DNA of 44,412 nucleotides from a virus (lineage: Duplodnaviria; Caudoviricetes). The stretch spans positions 1 through 44,412 of the IMG/VR virus record IMGVR_UViG_3300022173_000053. One strand, 5' to 3'. The translations under genes were made by a program, and so were the position numbers. This document shows positions 15,689 through 23,615 of the stretch, piece by piece. Within the stretch, counting starts at the first letter, position 1. The number at the start of each line of letters is the position of its first letter. The notes under the pieces are model-generated. The model had not been told where the DNA came from and ran no database searches. It was given only the letters and a program-made list of their open reading frames with translations.

Positions 15689-16180
15689 ATGGCGAAGAAG
15701 CCAGCCACTGAGGTCGTGACGGTCGCGCCGAAGCAGACAGGCCGGCCGAGCAAGTTCGCGCAACACATCGCCGATGAGGTTGTGCGCCGCGTGTCTGAGG
15801 GCGAACCACTGGCGCCTGTTGTGCGCGATCTCGGCATCGGGCTAACGACTTGGTATGAGTGGGTGAAGACCCGCCCTGACCTTGCGGAAGCCATCGCGCG
15901 CGCGCGCGAGGCCGGCGAGGAGATCATTCTGGCCGACACGCTGTCGATCATCGACACGAAGCCAGAACGACAGGCCACAGCAGAAGGCGACAAGGTGGAC
16001 TCGGGCCACGTGGCATGGCTCAAGAACCGCGCCGAGCAGCGCCTCAAGCTGCTGGCGAAATGGAACCCGCGCAAGTGGGGCGACAAGGTGCAGGTGGGTG
16101 GCGCCGACGACTTGCCACCCGTGCAGCAGAACCTGACCATGGACGCGGCCGAGGCCTACAAGCGGCTGCTGGGCTCATGA
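15689..16180 (+). CDS. terS: Terminase small subunit
   Basis: GRPSKF...I...GE.L...TWYEW...ARARE...L.I.D...R..LLAKWNPRKWGDK (Sf6 gp1-like). Confidence 0.88.
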   Translation: MAKKPATEVVTVAPKQTGRPSKFAQHIADEVVRRVSEGEPLAPVVRDLGIGLTTWYEWVKTRPDLAEAIARAREAGEEIILADTLSIIDTKPERQATAEGDKVDSGHVAWLKNRAEQRLKLLAKWNPRKWGDKVQVGGADDLPPVQQNLTMDAAEAYKRLLGS

Positions 16181-17673
16181 CGCACGCCGTCGACTGGAAG
16201 GCACCGAACTACGAGCCGGTGTGGCTGGAGCGCACAGAGCGCCTGAAGCGCCTGCGGGCTGACCCGGGCATACTGCCAGGCCTCAAGGCGTTCTACGCCG
16301 ACCACCCGGTCGAGTTCATCACGGATTGGTTGACCACGTTTGACCCACGAAACGTCGAGCGCGGCATCGAGGCGGTGACGCCGTTCCTGCTTTTCCCGAA
16401 GCAGGCCGAGTTCGTGAACTGGGTCGTGGCGCGCTGGCGGGCTCGTGAGGATGGCCTCGTCGAGAAAAGCCGCGACATGGGCGTGTCGTGGCTTTGCGTG
16501 GCCATCGGCGTGTGGATGTGGCTGTTCCACCCTGGTGTGGTAGTCGGCTTCGGCTCACGCAAGGAGGAATACGTCGACAAGCTCGGCGACCCGAAATCGC
16601 TTTTCTGGAAAGTGCGCGAGTCGATCAACCTGCTGCCGGGTGAGCTCCGGCCCAAGGGCTACACCGAGAAGGTCCACGCGCCCAGCATGCGCATCGTGAA
16701 CCCTGAGACGGGCAGCACCATCGTTGGCGAGTCGGGCGACAACATCGGCCGCGGCAACCGCACATCGGTTTACTTCCTCGACGAAGCCGCGTTCATTGAG
16801 CGGCCCGAGGCCGTCGACGCAGCCCTGTCGCAGACCTCGAACTGCAAGATCCACGTGTCCACACCCAACGGCGCTGGCAATCCGTTCTACCGCAAGCGCC
16901 ATGGCGGCAAGATCCCGGTTTTCGTGTTCGACTGGCACGACGACCCACGCAAGGACGAGGCATGGTACGAGCGGCAGAAGAACAGCCTTGACCCCGTGAT
17001 CGTGGCGCAGGAGATCGACCGCGACTATTCCGCGTCGGTGGCCAACGCGTGGATCTCGGGCCACATCGTGCTGGCAGCCATGCAGCGCGGCCCGGCTGAC
17101 GTGCGCGCCGAGGGCCCGCTTATGGTGGGTGTGGACGTGGCCAGGTTCGGCAACGACAAAAGCTGCATCACGTTCCGCAAGGGCCGCGTGGTGTACCCGC
17201 AAATCGTGTTCGGCATGTGCGATGTGGTGGATGTGGCCGGCCGCGTGAAGCAGGCCGTGGAAGCTTGGGGCGAGAAGCCCAGCCAGATCGCGGTGGACAC
17301 CATCGGCATTGGCTCGGGCGTGGCTGACATCCTGCGCCGGGACTACAAACGCATCGTGGTCGATGTGAATTCGAGCCTGCGCCTGTCCGATGGCCAGAAC
17401 TACAACTTGCGCGCGCGAATGTGGCGCGACCTGCGCGAGTACCTGAAAAACGGCGCCAGCCTGCCCAACGATCCCGAGCTCTCGGTCGACCTGACGGCGC
17501 TGCAGTACGAGTTCCGCGGGGGCGAGATGCTGATGGAATCGAAGGACGACGCGAAGAAGCGGGGCATCAAATCCCCGGACAGGGCGGACAGTTTGGCGTT
17601 AACATTCGCCATCCCCGCGCGCGATGTTGCGGATACGCCACGTCAGGCGGTTACCGAGTACCAGGTTTTTTAG
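16177..17673 (+). CDS. terL: Terminase large subunit
   Basis: EKSRDMGVSW, YFLDEAAF, VSTPNG, GVDVARFGND, SPDRADSLALTFA. Confidence 0.95.
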   Translation: MTHAVDWKAPNYEPVWLERTERLKRLRADPGILPGLKAFYADHPVEFITDWLTTFDPRNVERGIEAVTPFLLFPKQAEFVNWVVARWRAREDGLVEKSRDMGVSWLCVAIGVWMWLFHPGVVVGFGSRKEEYVDKLGDPKSLFWKVRESINLLPGELRPKGYTEKVHAPSMRIVNPETGSTIVGESGDNIGRGNRTSVYFLDEAAFIERPEAVDAALSQTSNCKIHVSTPNGAGNPFYRKRHGGKIPVFVFDWHDDPRKDEAWYERQKNSLDPVIVAQEIDRDYSASVANAWISGHIVLAAMQRGPADVRAEGPLMVGVDVARFGNDKSCITFRKGRVVYPQIVFGMCDVVDVAGRVKQAVEAWGEKPSQIAVDTIGIGSGVADILRRDYKRIVVDVNSSLRLSDGQNYNLRARMWRDLREYLKNGASLPNDPELSVDLTALQYEFRGGEMLMESKDDAKKRGIKSPDRADSLALTFAIPARDVADTPRQAVTEYQVF

Positions 17674-17683
17674 GAGCCACACC

Positions 17684-17890
17684 ATGGGCGGATTGTTCGG
17701 CAAACCAAAAGTGCAGCAGGCCCCGACGCCTGTCGAGATCAAAGCCCCCGTGGTGCAACAGGAAGTCGTGGACCGCCAGGCGCAAGACCTGATGCGGCGC
17801 CGGCAGGGCTCGGCTGCGACCGTGACTGGCGCGTCGGGCATGGGCTCGACTGCTGGATCTGTGGCTGCAAAAACCTTGCTGGGGCAATGA
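17684..17890 (+). CDS. Small virion protein preceding the portal (T7 gp7.3-like position)
   Basis: MGGLFGKPK...RRRQG...KTLLGQ pattern. AGGAG RBS. Confidence 0.7.
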   Translation: MGGLFGKPKVQQAPTPVEIKAPVVQQEVVDRQAQDLMRRRQGSAATVTGASGMGSTAGSVAAKTLLGQ

Positions 17891-18031
17891 ATGGGACCAC
17901 TACCTGACATGGGCCCAGCCATCAGCATCATGCTGGTGCTTTCAGTTGTCGGCATCATTGCGCTTGGGGTTGGCTTCGGCTGGCTCCTGTGGTGGGCTTT
18001 CAACAACATCTCCATCGTGATCGGAGCCTGA
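17891..18031 (+). CDS. Small membrane protein (46 aa)
   Basis: MGPLPDMGPAISIMLVLSVVGIIALGVGFGWLLWWAF..., filling the gap exactly. Confidence 0.55.
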   Translation: MGPLPDMGPAISIMLVLSVVGIIALGVGFGWLLWWAFNNISIVIGA

Positions 18032-18034
18032 ACC

Positions 18035-19693
18035 ATGGCCGACAGCCGCGCACACGACTGCCTCAACCAGCATGGCCGGCTGATCACCCAGCGTCAGGAG
18101 TTCGAGCGGGTGTGGCAGGACATCGAGGACCGGATCAACCCGACTGATGTGCAGTTCACCGAGAAATCAAGCCAGCGCAACAAAGGCGTGCAGCGCACCG
18201 AGAAGGTGTTTGACGCGACCCCAGGCCTGGCGCTCGACCGGTTCAAGGCCGCGATTCACTCGCTGGTGACGCCGCGCAACCAGACCTGGCACAAGCTCAA
18301 GACCGTCGACGAGGATCTGGCCGAGGATTCTGAGGTCACGCGCTACCTGGAGGAAGTCACGCGCCGCCTGTTCGCCGCGCGTTATGCCGCGAACTTCGAT
18401 ACCGAGGTGCAGGGCTGCTACTACACGTCTGGCAAGTTCGGCAGCATGGGCATGTTTGTTGGCGAGCGCCCGGGGCAGTCGCTGTACTACCGCGCCGTGC
18501 CCATGAAGCAGTTGTACTTCGCCGAAAACGAGTTCGGCGTGGTCGACATGGTGCACCGCGACTGGATGTGGACCGCGCGCGCTGCTTACCAGAAGTGGGG
18601 CGACAAGCTGCCGGCGGTCATCCGCAACGCGGCCAAGAAGTTCCCCGATCAGGAGTTCCGGTTCCTGCACGTGGTGAAGCCATCGAACGAGGTGGACGTG
18701 AACCGGCGCGACTACCGCGGCATGCAGTTCGCTTCGCTCTACATCTGCTTCGAGACGCGCGACGTGATCGACGTGGGCGGGTTCCGATCGTTCCCGTACC
18801 CGGTGGGCCGCTATGACCTAAACCCGGGCGAGGTGTACGGCCGCAGCCCGTGCATGACGATCCTCCCCGACGTGAAGATGCTCAACGAGATGAACCGCAC
18901 GACGATCCAGGCCGCCCAGCTTGGACTGCTGCCGCCCATGCTCGCGCACCGTGACGGCATTCTGGACGCCATGCGGCTGACACCCGGGGCGATCAACTAC
19001 GGCGGGGTCGATGACAACGGCCGGCAGATGGTCGTGCCCATGAAGCTCGGCGAGAACGTGCAGATCGGCCTGGAGATGATGGACCAGAAGCGGGCGGTCA
19101 TCAACGACGCGCTGCTGTCCACGCTGTTCCAGATCCTGGTGGACAAGCCGAACATCACGGCGACTGAGGCCATGCTGCGCGCGCAGGAGAAGGGCCAACT
19201 GATCGGCCCCACCGGTGCACGCATCGAGTCCGAGTTCCTGTCCACGATGCTCACGCGCGAGATCGACATCATGGCGGCTGCTGGCCAGTTGCCCGAGATG
19301 CCTGAGAAGCTGCGCGAGCGTGGCGGGTTGTACGAGGTGGAGTACGACAGCCCACTCAGCCGGGCGCGCGAGGCCGAGGGCGGTGTGGCCATCCTGCGCA
19401 CGTTCGAGCAGCTGGCGCCGATCGCCAGCGTGGCCGGGCCCGTGGCTTACAAGCGGTTCAACATCGACGCGGTGTCGAAAGAGCTCGCGCGCCTGAACGG
19501 CATGCCGGCCAAGCTGATGTTCTCCGACGAGGAAATGGAGGAGATCGACGCCGACGCGGCCCAGCAGGCGCAGGTGGCGCAGATTTTGGAGGCGGCACCG
19601 GTGGCTGCCTCGGCGGCGAAGGACATCGCGCAGGCGTCGGCGATTGCTGGCTCGGACACTGGCGAGATGCTGCCGGGTGTGGTGCCGCAATGA
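18035..19693 (+). CDS. Portal (head-to-tail connector, T7 gp8 family)
   Basis: FD.T...A...F.A, GE.YGRSP....LPD.K.LN, TATE...R..E. Confidence 0.93.
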   Translation: MADSRAHDCLNQHGRLITQRQEFERVWQDIEDRINPTDVQFTEKSSQRNKGVQRTEKVFDATPGLALDRFKAAIHSLVTPRNQTWHKLKTVDEDLAEDSEVTRYLEEVTRRLFAARYAANFDTEVQGCYYTSGKFGSMGMFVGERPGQSLYYRAVPMKQLYFAENEFGVVDMVHRDWMWTARAAYQKWGDKLPAVIRNAAKKFPDQEFRFLHVVKPSNEVDVNRRDYRGMQFASLYICFETRDVIDVGGFRSFPYPVGRYDLNPGEVYGRSPCMTILPDVKMLNEMNRTTIQAAQLGLLPPMLAHRDGILDAMRLTPGAINYGGVDDNGRQMVVPMKLGENVQIGLEMMDQKRAVINDALLSTLFQILVDKPNITATEAMLRAQEKGQLIGPTGARIESEFLSTMLTREIDIMAAAGQLPEMPEKLRERGGLYEVEYDSPLSRAREAEGGVAILRTFEQLAPIASVAGPVAYKRFNIDAVSKELARLNGMPAKLMFSDEEMEEIDADAAQQAQVAQILEAAPVAASAAKDIAQASAIAGSDTGEMLPGVVPQ

Positions 19694-19797
19694 AACGCAG
19701 CCTGATCGCACTGGCGGTGCACACGGTGTGCGTAGAGGCGGCGCGGCGCGGACGAAAGGCCCAGCCGAAAAGGCGTCGGCCATGGTGGCTGCAATGA
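19690..19797 (+). CDS. Small basic peptide (35 aa)
   Basis: ATGA-coupled to the portal. MKRSLIALAVHTVCVEAARRGRK... Confidence 0.35.
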   Translation: MKRSLIALAVHTVCVEAARRGRKAQPKRRRPWWLQ

Positions 19798-19804
19798 GCC
19801 CAGC

Positions 19805-19987
19805 GTGATGGACACCACCTACTTGGTGGAGTCAGACCTTGGCATCGTGGCCGACGATCATGGCCAGTGGCGCGCGGTGTGCGACCTGACCGACGCGGTG
19901 GCCGGCGAGGGCGACACCGAAGCCGGCGCGATGAACGACCTGTGCGAGAAGCTGACGGCGTTCATGAACAACCGGGTGTTGCATTGA
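19805..19987 (+). CDS. Small protein with HicB-like N-terminal fold
   Basis: W.AVC.L....GEGDT...AM.DL.E.L pattern. Confidence 0.5.
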   Translation: MMDTTYLVESDLGIVADDHGQWRAVCDLTDAVAGEGDTEAGAMNDLCEKLTAFMNNRVLH

Positions 19988-20018
19988 TTGCTGCGCGGCG
20001 CGGTGTGATAATCGCATC
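19984..20018 (+). promoter_or_regulatory. Promoter with overlapping 17-bp operator
   Basis: TTGATT-17-GATAAT, with site GGTGTGATAATCGCATC at 20002-20018. Confidence 0.6.
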
Positions 20019-20195
20019 ATGAAATTCACCGAGCGCCTTGCATCATGGCGAATTGATGCCCGCATGGCCTGGCGGCAGATCAAGCTGGCCCCGCAGGAGT
20101 ATCGCTACTGGCGGCGCGAGCGCGATGCGGCACCATTGACCGCCATCCTGCTTTGCGTGCGCGACGTGTGGCACGCATGGAGGCTGCCGTTTTGA
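20019..20195 (+). CDS. Trp/Arg-rich hypothetical protein (58 aa), possibly leaderless
   Basis: ATG immediately after the operator. Stop overlaps the next TTG start. Confidence 0.45.
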   Translation: MKFTERLASWRIDARMAWRQIKLAPQEYRYWRRERDAAPLTAILLCVRDVWHAWRLPF

Positions 20196-20470
20196 GCAAC
20201 TACCTCCGATTCTGGAACCTGCGCAACGCGTACCGCGCCGTGTTCCGCACCGAGTCCACCCTGCCAGCCCACACGAAACCACTGCTTGACGACCTGCGCG
20301 AATTCTGCCGGGCCGACACGTCCTGCGTAGTGGTGGCGAAGGATGGGCGCATCGACACGCACGCGACGGCTGTGGCGGAGGGCCGGCGCGAGGTCTGGTT
20401 GAGGATCACCCAGACGCTGAATCTCTCCGATGAAACCCTGATGAAGATGAAGGAAAACGAGAATGTCTGA
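20192..20470 (+). CDS. Bbp19-like head protein
   Basis: AYRAVF...LLDDL..FC...A.AEGRREV.L.I. TTG start after GGAGG. Lies between portal and scaffold. Confidence 0.75.
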   Translation: MSNYLRFWNLRNAYRAVFRTESTLPAHTKPLLDDLREFCRADTSCVVVAKDGRIDTHATAVAEGRREVWLRITQTLNLSDETLMKMKENENV

Positions 20471-21197
20471 CGCATCCACGACGGCACCTGCCGCGCCCGC
20501 AGCCGCACCACTGACCGCAGCCAGCGCGCTGATCGAAACCCCGGCGGCACCTGCGGCTACCACACCCGATACGCAGGCGGCTCCCGATGCGGGGACCGCT
20601 ACGGAAGGGGCCGAGGGAACTCAGCCGACGCCGCCTGCACCTCTCGTCATGCCCGGCAAAGACGCCACGCCCGAACAGTGGGCCGAGTTCTACACGGCAA
20701 TCGGCCGGCCCGAGACGCCCGACGCCTACGAGCTCCCGCTGCCCGAGGGCGACGACGGCTCGTTCGCCAAGCAGATGGCGCCGGTGCTGCACAAGCACGG
20801 CATCACGGCCGAGCAGGCGAAGGGCCTGGCCACCGACTGGAACGCCATGGTGCAGGCGCAGACCGACGCCGCGGCGCAGACCGCAGCCGACGAAGCCAAG
20901 GCCATGGACACTCGCAACAAAGCCGAGGCCGCGCAGCTGCAGAACGAGTGGGGCCAGCAGCACGATGCGAACATGCACTTCGCGAAGTTGGCGGCCAAGC
21001 AGTTCCTGCCCGCGGACAAAGCCGGCGACGTGATCGCGGCCATCGAGTCCAAGATAGGCTACAAGGCCACCATCCAGTTCCTGCACTCGGTAGGCAAGGG
21101 CTTGGGTGAGCACGATGCAGCCGGCATGGGCCAGCCCGCGAGCCGGGGCACGAAGTCTGCGGCCGAGATCCTGTACGGCGGCCCGGCGGCGAAGTGA
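20463..21197 (+). CDS. Capsid assembly/scaffolding protein
   Basis: Ala/Pro-rich N-terminus, GRPE.PD.Y, L..EWG, C-terminal AEILYG. Confidence 0.8.
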   Translation: MSDASTTAPAAPAAAPLTAASALIETPAAPAATTPDTQAAPDAGTATEGAEGTQPTPPAPLVMPGKDATPEQWAEFYTAIGRPETPDAYELPLPEGDDGSFAKQMAPVLHKHGITAEQAKGLATDWNAMVQAQTDAAAQTAADEAKAMDTRNKAEAAQLQNEWGQQHDANMHFAKLAAKQFLPADKAGDVIAAIESKIGYKATIQFLHSVGKGLGEHDAAGMGQPASRGTKSAAEILYGGPAAK

Positions 21198-21445
21198 CGA
21201 ACCCGAAGCCGCTGCCCGAGCGGCTGGGCCAGCGTGTGCCCATGCTCACAGGGATGCGCTCTGGCGCGTTCCGGCTGGGCTACCCGTTCGCCAGCATGGC
21301 GGTGCTCGACTACTTCATCGTGCCCGAGCGCGTCCGCACCCCCGAGATGGTGAAGCAGGCGGCCTGCCGGCGTGGCCAACGGCATGGCGAGACGTACCAG
21401 ACGAAGCGCCAGGCTGACGGGATTCTGGTGGTGCGGATAGCCTGA
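21194..21445 (+). CDS. Conserved small phage protein (YPF..M...D.F.VP...RI signature), possibly DNA-binding
   Basis: GTGA-coupled, basic, 83 aa. Confidence 0.55.
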   Translation: MTNPKPLPERLGQRVPMLTGMRSGAFRLGYPFASMAVLDYFIVPERVRTPEMVKQAACRRGQRHGETYQTKRQADGILVVRIA

Positions 21446-21594
21446 CGCGCCCGCCAGAAAAATCTTGAGTTGACACGATTGTTGTTTTCACATCACGCGG
21501 CCTACACTCCGGGCCAGCGTGGTGAGAAAGCCACATCGCGCAGATCCTGCCACCCGGCTAACCCCGCACGGCGCCTACTCAACTCGGAGGTCCA

Positions 21595-22614
21595 ATGGCC
21601 ACTCTCGCTACCAATGCGCTCACCCTTGCCGATTGGGCAAAGCGCCGTGATCCTGACGATCGTGTCGCCACGATCATCGAACTGCTCGCGCAGTCCAACC
21701 CCATCCTCGAAGACATGCTGTGGACCGAGGGCAACCTGCCCACCGGCCATCGCACCACTGTGCGCACCGGTCTACCCGATGTCGCATGGCGAAAACTGAA
21801 CTACGGCGTGCCGCAGTCCAAGAGCACCACCGTGCAGGTCGACGACACCTGCGGCATGCTCGAAGCCTTTGGCCAGGTCGACAAAGACCTCGCCGAGCTC
21901 AACGGCAACACCGCGGCCTTCCGCTTGTCCGAGAACATGGCTTTCCTCGAAGCCATGAACCAGGAAATGGCCAGCACGCTGATCTACGGCAACAGCGGCA
22001 CCGAGCCAGAAGCCTTCACCGGCTTGGCCCCGCGCTACTCCAGCCTGTCGGCAGCCAACGGCCAGAACATCCTGTCGGCCGGCGGCGCAGCGACCAACAC
22101 CTCGATCTGGCTCGTGGGCTGGGGCGACAACACCGTGACCGGCATCTACCCCAAGGGCTCGACCGCTGGTCTGATCCACCAGGATCTCGGCCTCGACACG
22201 ATCACCGATGCCGCTGGCGGCAAGTACCGCGCGTACCAGGACCACTACCAGTGGAAGTGTGGTTTCTCGCTGCGTGACTGGCGCTACGCCGCGCGCATCG
22301 CGAACATCAACACGACCCATCTGGCCGGCCTGTCGGACAGCCAGGCTCTCACCGCGTCCACCAGCATCATCAAGCTGATGGCCCGCCTGATCGACCGCAT
22401 CCCGAACATGGGCATGTGCCGCCCGGCGTTCTACATGAACCGCACGGTGCTGTCGCTGATGCGCATTCTGGCCATGGAGAAAACCTCCAGCGTGCTGTCG
22501 ATCCAGGACGGCCTGGACCAGTTCGGCAACCCCACCCGCGGCAACGTCCAGTTCCTCGGCATCCCGATCCGCAGCGTTGACGCGCTGCTGAACAACGAAG
22601 CCACCGTGGCCTGA
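21595..22614 (+). CDS. Major capsid protein (epsilon15 gp7/BPP-1 type)
   Basis: LTLADWAKR, N.IL.D....EGN, VRTGLP...WR..N.GV, DWRY..RIANI. Strong codon bias, GGAGG RBS. Confidence 0.93.
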   Translation: MATLATNALTLADWAKRRDPDDRVATIIELLAQSNPILEDMLWTEGNLPTGHRTTVRTGLPDVAWRKLNYGVPQSKSTTVQVDDTCGMLEAFGQVDKDLAELNGNTAAFRLSENMAFLEAMNQEMASTLIYGNSGTEPEAFTGLAPRYSSLSAANGQNILSAGGAATNTSIWLVGWGDNTVTGIYPKGSTAGLIHQDLGLDTITDAAGGKYRAYQDHYQWKCGFSLRDWRYAARIANINTTHLAGLSDSQALTASTSIIKLMARLIDRIPNMGMCRPAFYMNRTVLSLMRILAMEKTSSVLSIQDGLDQFGNPTRGNVQFLGIPIRSVDALLNNEATVA

Positions 22615-22639
22615 CCCGCCGACTGACCCGGAGAAAACC

Positions 22640-23104
22640 ATGATCCTCGACAAGTTCAATGAGTTCTCGGATGCGCAGGCGGTCACGGCCACTGCCATCT
22701 CGACCAACGTGATCGACCTGTACCCCCTGGGCAACAGCGTCGGCACCAACACCACGCGCGACATCGGCACCGGCGAGGACATCTACCTCGTCGTGATGAC
22801 CGAGACTGCAGCCACCGACACCAGTTCCGACGCCACGCTGACCGTGACGCTGGAGTCTGACGACAACGTGGGCCTGACCTCGGCCACCACGCACTTCTCG
22901 ACCGGCGCGCTGGCCTTCGCGGCATTCTCGCCAGCCGGCACCGTGGTGGCAAACGTGAAGCTGCCCGCGGGCAGCTACGAACGCTACCTCGGCGTGCGCT
23001 ACACGGTGGCCTCGGGCCCGCTGACGGCCGGCACGTTCAACGCCTTCCTGGTGAAAGACGCGCAGGCATACCGGTCCTACGCCGTCGGCTCCACGATCGT
23101 CTGA
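22640..23104 (+). CDS. Bbp16-like capsid cement/decoration protein
   Basis: MILD....FSDAQAVTATAISTNVIDL...ERYL...YTV..GP.TAG...AFL..D. Confidence 0.85.
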   Translation: MILDKFNEFSDAQAVTATAISTNVIDLYPLGNSVGTNTTRDIGTGEDIYLVVMTETAATDTSSDATLTVTLESDDNVGLTSATTHFSTGALAFAAFSPAGTVVANVKLPAGSYERYLGVRYTVASGPLTAGTFNAFLVKDAQAYRSYAVGSTIV

Positions 23105-23109
23105 GCGAC

Positions 23110-23331
23110 ATGAAGTACCGCGCAACACTGCCGGGCTTCATCGTTGGCCGCATCAAGGTCGGCGACGTGGTGGAGTGTCCAGACCCGGACAAGCTGCCCA
23201 TCGCCGGCCTGGTGCCGATCGAGGATGAGCCCGAGCCAGCGCCTGTCGCACGCCGGGGCCGCAAGGCTCGGGAGCACGCGGCTGCAGAGCCGGCGCAACC
23301 TGGCGACGACGAACCCGCTGACGTGATCTGA
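23110..23331 (+). CDS. Small hypothetical head-associated protein
   Basis: MKYRA...GFI.......GDVVE followed by an acidic/Pro tail. Confidence 0.6.
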   Translation: MKYRATLPGFIVGRIKVGDVVECPDPDKLPIAGLVPIEDEPEPAPVARRGRKAREHAAAEPAQPGDDEPADVI

Positions 23332-23333
23332 AC

Positions 23334-23355
23334 GAGCGGCCCCACGGGGCCGTTC
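23334..23355 (+). terminator. Stem-loop after the capsid genes
   Basis: GAGCGGCCC-CACG-GGGCCGTTC, with a weak U-tract. Confidence 0.45.
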
Positions 23356-23371
23356 TCACATGGAGCCTGAG

Positions 23372-23614
23372 ATGCAGCAGTATTCAAGCGACAGCGCGCC
23401 TTCGCGCAAGTTTGCGCCCGTGACGAAAGCCGACGCAGATCTGCCTGGTGGCCCATGCCGTGGGCTGTTGGTCGGCACGGCCGGCACTGCGAACCTCGGC
23501 GAGCAGGATGGCACTGTGCGCACGAACGTGCCCCTGGTGGCCGGGTACAACCCCTTGACGGTTCAGCAGGTGCGCACTGGCGGCACGGCCACCGACATCT
23601 GGGCGCTGTACTGA
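23372..23614 (+). CDS. Head-spike base protein (RcGTA Rcc01079-like)
   Basis: AP.R.F..VT..D.DL....R.L.VG.AG.......G..RT.V...G..PL.V..V...GTAT.I.ALY pattern. GGAG RBS. Confidence 0.7.
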   Translation: MQQYSSDSAPSRKFAPVTKADADLPGGPCRGLLVGTAGTANLGEQDGTVRTNVPLVAGYNPLTVQQVRTGGTATDIWALY

Positions 23615-23615
23615 C

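Noticed and set aside
21470-21508. Canonical sigma70 promoter TTGACA...TACACT before the capsid gene (similarly TTGACG...TAGAAT at 40612-40650)
   Set aside because: The spacer is 27 bp in both cases, too long for a standard promoter. Only the -10 hexamers and the intervening 17-bp motif are retained as evidence.
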